Source: Eledone cirrhosa
Lineage: Eukaryota
DNA: 64,000 bases
Assembly: GCA_964016885.1 (NCBI GenBank)
Contig: OZ024745.1
Coordinates: forward strand, 98,208,001-98,272,000
Reading direction: 5' to 3'
How positions within the stretch are numbered: position 1 is the stretch's first letter; each line of letters opens with the position of its first letter. A program made the translations under genes and the position numbers. The notes beneath the pieces were generated by a model. It searched no databases, was not told the DNA's origin, and saw only the letters and a list, made by a program, of their open reading frames with translations. Shown piece by piece: positions 59,340 to 64,000 of this stretch.

Positions 59340-61640
59340 ACAGTTATAACAGAGGTAGTGACAATAACACTCACAACAACAACAATAATAACAGTTACAA
59401 CAGACGTAGTGACAACAACAATAACGACAACAACAACAATTACAACAGACGTAGAGACAATAATACTAACAACAACAACAACAGTTACAACAGACGTAGA
59501 GACAATAAAAACAACAATAACAACAACAATTACAACAAACGTAGAGACAATAACAACAACAACAGTTTCAACAGACGTAGTAACAATAACACTAACAACA
59601 ACAACAACAACAGTTACAACAGACGTAGAGACAATAACACTAACAACAACAACAACAACAACAGTTACAACAGACGTAGAGACAATAACACTAACAACAA
59701 CAACAACAACAACAGTTACAACAGACGTAGAGACAATAACACTAACAACAACAACAATAATTACAACAAACGTAGTGACAATAACGACAACAACAACAAC
59801 AACAATTACAACAGACGTAGAGACGATAACACTAACAACAACAACAACAACAGTTACAACAGTCGTAGTGAAAATAACACTAACAACAACAACAACAACA
59901 GTTACAACAGTCGTAGTGACAATAACACTAACAACAACAACAACAACAACAGTTACAACAGACGTAGAGACAATAACACTAACAACAACAACAACAACAG
60001 TTACAACAGTCGTGGTGAAAATAACACTAACAACAACAACAACAACAACAGTTACAACAGACGTAGTGACAATAACACTAACAACAACAACAGTTACAAC
60101 AGACGTAGTGACAATAACACTAACAACAACAACAGTTACAACAGACGTAGTGACAATAACACTAACAACAACAACAACAACAACAGTTACAACAGACGTA
60201 GTGACAATAACACTAACAACAACAACAACAACAGTTACAACAGACGTAGTGAAAATAACACTAACAACAACAACAACAACAGTTACAACAGACGTAGAGA
60301 CAATAACACTAACAACAACAACAACAACAGTTACAACAGTCGTAGTGAAAATAACACTAACAACAACAACAACAACAACAGTTACAACAGACGTAGTGAC
60401 AATAACACTAACAACAACAACAGTTACAACAGACGTAGTCACAATAACACTAACAACAACAACAGTTACAACAGACGTAGTGACAATAACACTAACAACA
60501 ACAACAACAACAGTTACAACAGTCGTAGTGAAAATAACACTAACAACAACAACAACAACAACAATTACAACAGACGTAGAGACAATAACACTAACAACAA
60601 CAACAACAACAGTTACAACAGTCGTAGTGAAAATAACACTAACAACAACAACAACAACAACAGTTACAACAGACGTAGTGACAATAACACTAACAACAAC
60701 AACAACAACAGTTACAACAGACGTAGTGACAATAACACTAACAACAACAACAACAACAGTTACAACAGACGTAGTGACAATAACACTAACAACAACAACA
60801 ACAACAGTTACAACAGACGTAGTGACAATAACACTAACAACAACAACAGTTACAACAGACGTAGTGACAATAACACTAACAACAACAACAACAACAACAG
60901 TTACAACAGACGTAGTGACAATAACACTAACAACAACAACAGTTACAACAGACGTAGTGACAATAACACTAACAACAACAACAACAACAACAGTTACAAC
61001 AGACGTAGTGACAATAACACTAACAACAACAACAGTTACAACAGACGTAGTGACAATAACACTAACAACAACAACAGTTACAACAGACGTAGTGACAATA
61101 ACACTAACAACAACAACAGTTACAACAGACGTAGTGACAATAACACTAACAACAACAACAGTTACAACAGACGTAGTGACAATAACACTAACAATAACAA
61201 CAACAACAGTTACAACAGACGTAGTGACAATAACACTAACAACAACAACAGTTACAACAGACGTAGTGACAATAACACTAACAACAACAACAGTTACAAC
61301 AGACGTAGTGACAATAACACTAACAACAACAACAGTTACAACAGACGTAGAGACAATAACACTAACAACAACAACAACAATTACAACAGACGTAGTGACA
61401 ATAATACTAACAACAGCAACAACAGTTACAACAGACGTAGTGACAATAACACTAACAACAACAGTTACAACAGACGTAGTGATAATAACACTAACAACAC
61501 TAACAACAACAGTTACAACAGACGTAGTGACAATAACACTAACAACAACAACAATTACAACAGAATTAGTGACAATAGCACTAACAACAACAACAACAGT
61601 TACAACAGACGTGGTGGCAACAACAATAACAACAACGATA
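59340..61640. repeat. Minisatellite with a variable (ACA)n linker
   Basis: Unit gttacaacagacgtagtgacaataacacta(aca)n. Confidence 0.93.
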
Positions 61641-62743
61641 ACAACACACGTAATGACAACAACAATAACAACAACGATAACAACACCTACAACAGACGAA
61701 ATTACAATCTAAACTATAATAAAGGAAGGTCTGCGGGACTGCGTACGGTTTATTTTTTATCCCGTTAGTAAAATAATTTGGATTACTTTGAATAAATAAT
61801 TGTTTCTACTTTTGGCACAAGGCCAGCAATTAACCAGTACATTACTGGTACTTTATTTTATCGACCCCGTAAGGATGAAAGGCAAAGTTAACCTCGGCGG
61901 GATTTGAACTCAGAATGGCAAGGGCCGTAACTCTATGCGTCAAAGCATGGCGTCCGACCCTCTACCGATACTGCCAATCCACCAATAATGAATGAATATT
62001 ACATAATTTATCTACTAAATTTCGTAAACAAAAATAATTTCGTAAAACTAAATAATTTAAAATTGATTTCTTTTCAAAGTTGCACTTCCGGTATATTGTT
62101 GCCACCACCACCACTTCAACTACCATATATATAGAAATAGAGAGTGTGTGATGTCAACACTTCCGGTGGCGATCACTTAAATAAACATACTAATATTCTG
62201 TCACTAATTTTCTCCTAATGCAGTTTATATATAATATCGTCTTTTTTAATGTATGATGGATTACGTTACTGATTACATAAGACAGTGTAACAACGCCTTC
62301 GTTCAATTTCTGTGTATATTGTCAATTACGATTTTATTTGATGTATCATATCTACATGTATACATACTTGCGTATAATATCAATATACACGCTACACATG
62401 CTAGCAGAAAACCAGCTGAAGGGTGGTTTTTCTGCTAGTTATAATAATAAAAATAATTATTTTTAACATTGGCACAAAGCCAGCAATTTGGGGGCAGGAA
62501 AAAGTCGATTGTATCGCCCTCAGTAGTTAACTGGTACCTTTTGTTATTGACCCCGGAAGAATGAAAGGTAAAGTTGACCTCGGCAGCAGCTGAACACAGT
62601 ACGTAGAAAGTCGGAACTAAGTACCGCAAAGCATTTCGTCCGAAGCTCTACCGATCGTTCCAAATCACTGCCCACTTACAATAAATAGCAATAGCAACAA
62701 CAGTACTTTCAACAACAAAAACAACAAAAACAACAACAACAAT

Positions 62744-62774
<31 letters not shown>

Positions 62775-63047
62775 TTAACTGTTATAATAATCGCAAGAAT
62801 AACAATTTAAGTAGCTTTAGCAAAGACAAAAAATTAATACATTATTTTCAATAGCAATCATCACTAAAATTATAGTAACAACAACAACGACGACTACAAC
62901 ATTATTTAATTACGTAATACACGACTGTTCCTCATCACCTTCACCAACAACAGCAGCAGCAACGTCAGAATCAACAGCAAAAAAAAAGGAAGACACCAGC
63001 AGTAGCAACCACACCAACAGCAGTAACACTTCCGAAAACGTAATATA

Positions 63048-64000
63048 GCAACAACAGTAACAACAACAGTAACAACATCAACAACAACAGTAACAACAAC
63101 AGTAACAACAACAGTAACAACAACAGTAACAACAGTAACAACAACAGTAACAACAGTAACAACAACAGTAACAACAACAGTAACAACAGTAACAACAACA
63201 GTAATAACAGTAACAACAACAGTAACAACAACAGTAACAACAGTAACAACAACAGTAACAACAACAGTAACAACAACAGTAACAACAACAGTAACAACAG
63301 TAACAACAACAGTAACAACAGTAACAACAACAGTAACAACAACAGTAACAACAGTAACAACAACAGTAACAACAACAGTAACAACAACAGTAACAACAGT
63401 AACAACAACAGTAACAACAACAGTAACAACAACAGTAACAACAACAGTAACAACAGTAACAACAACAGTAACAACAACAGTAACAACAACAGTAACAACA
63501 ACAGTAACAACAACAGTAACAACAGTAACAACAACAGTAACAACAACAGTAACAACAACAGTAACAACAACAGTAACAACAGTAACAACAACAGTAACAA
63601 CAACAGTAACGACAACAGTAACAACAACAGTAACAACAGTAACAACAGTAACAACAACAGTAACAACAACAGTAACAACAACAGTAACAACAACAGTAAC
63701 AACAGTAACAACAGTAACAACAACAGTAACAACAACAGTAACAACAACAGTAACAACAACAGTAACAACAGTAACAACAGTAACAACAACAGTAACAACA
63801 ACAGTAACAACAACACGATCAACAACAACAACAGTAACAACAACAACAGTAACAACAACAGTAACAACAACAGTAACAACAGTAACAACAGTAACAACAA
63901 CAGTAACAACAACAGTAACAACAACACCATCAACAACAACAACAGTAACAACAACAACAGTAACAACAACAGTAACAACAACACCATCAACAACAACAAC
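63048..64000. repeat. (AAC)2-3 AGT compound microsatellite
   Basis: Direct reading. Confidence 0.95.

Noticed and set aside
59274-61712. 812-aa mucin-like Thr-rich ORF
   Set aside because: Explained by a triplet-built minisatellite; also open on the opposite strand; no signal peptide or splice evidence.
62083-62168. Two ETS-like ACTTCCGG motifs; also YY1-like and CRE-like words near 18400, 20863 and 24864
   Set aside because: Short motifs expected by chance, with no associated gene start.

Overview
Eukaryotic, AT-rich DNA saturated with repeats. It looks like coleoid cephalopod (octopus-type) intergenic or intronic sequence, inferred from the tRNA-derived SINE types and the dense (TA)n/(TG)n/(TACA)n tracts. 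I could not identify a confident host gene; nearly all long ORFs in the track are microsatellite translations. Real coding remnants are all transposon-derived: two tail-to-tail Naiad-type Penelope-like elements (PLEs, RT plus GIY-YIG), a hATm-like transposase pseudogene, an internally deleted Helitron, two head-to-head copies of an R4/Dong-like RLE non-LTR element, and RTE, RTEX and CRE 3' fragments. The last 15 kb is micro- and minisatellite. Most notable: (1) a recurring set of (TA)n-inserted fold-back mini-elements from several unrelated families, carrying variant-core hammerhead ribozymes and a shared TATN-GAGYNCTC motif in a one-sided tail; (2) an RTEX fragment that appears A-to-G hyper-edited in an ADAR-like pattern and fixed in the genome, inside a Helitron > (TA)n > PLE nest; (3) a MITE-derived tandem array with variable (TA)n spacers. 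All calls come from reading and hand-translation; no searches were run.
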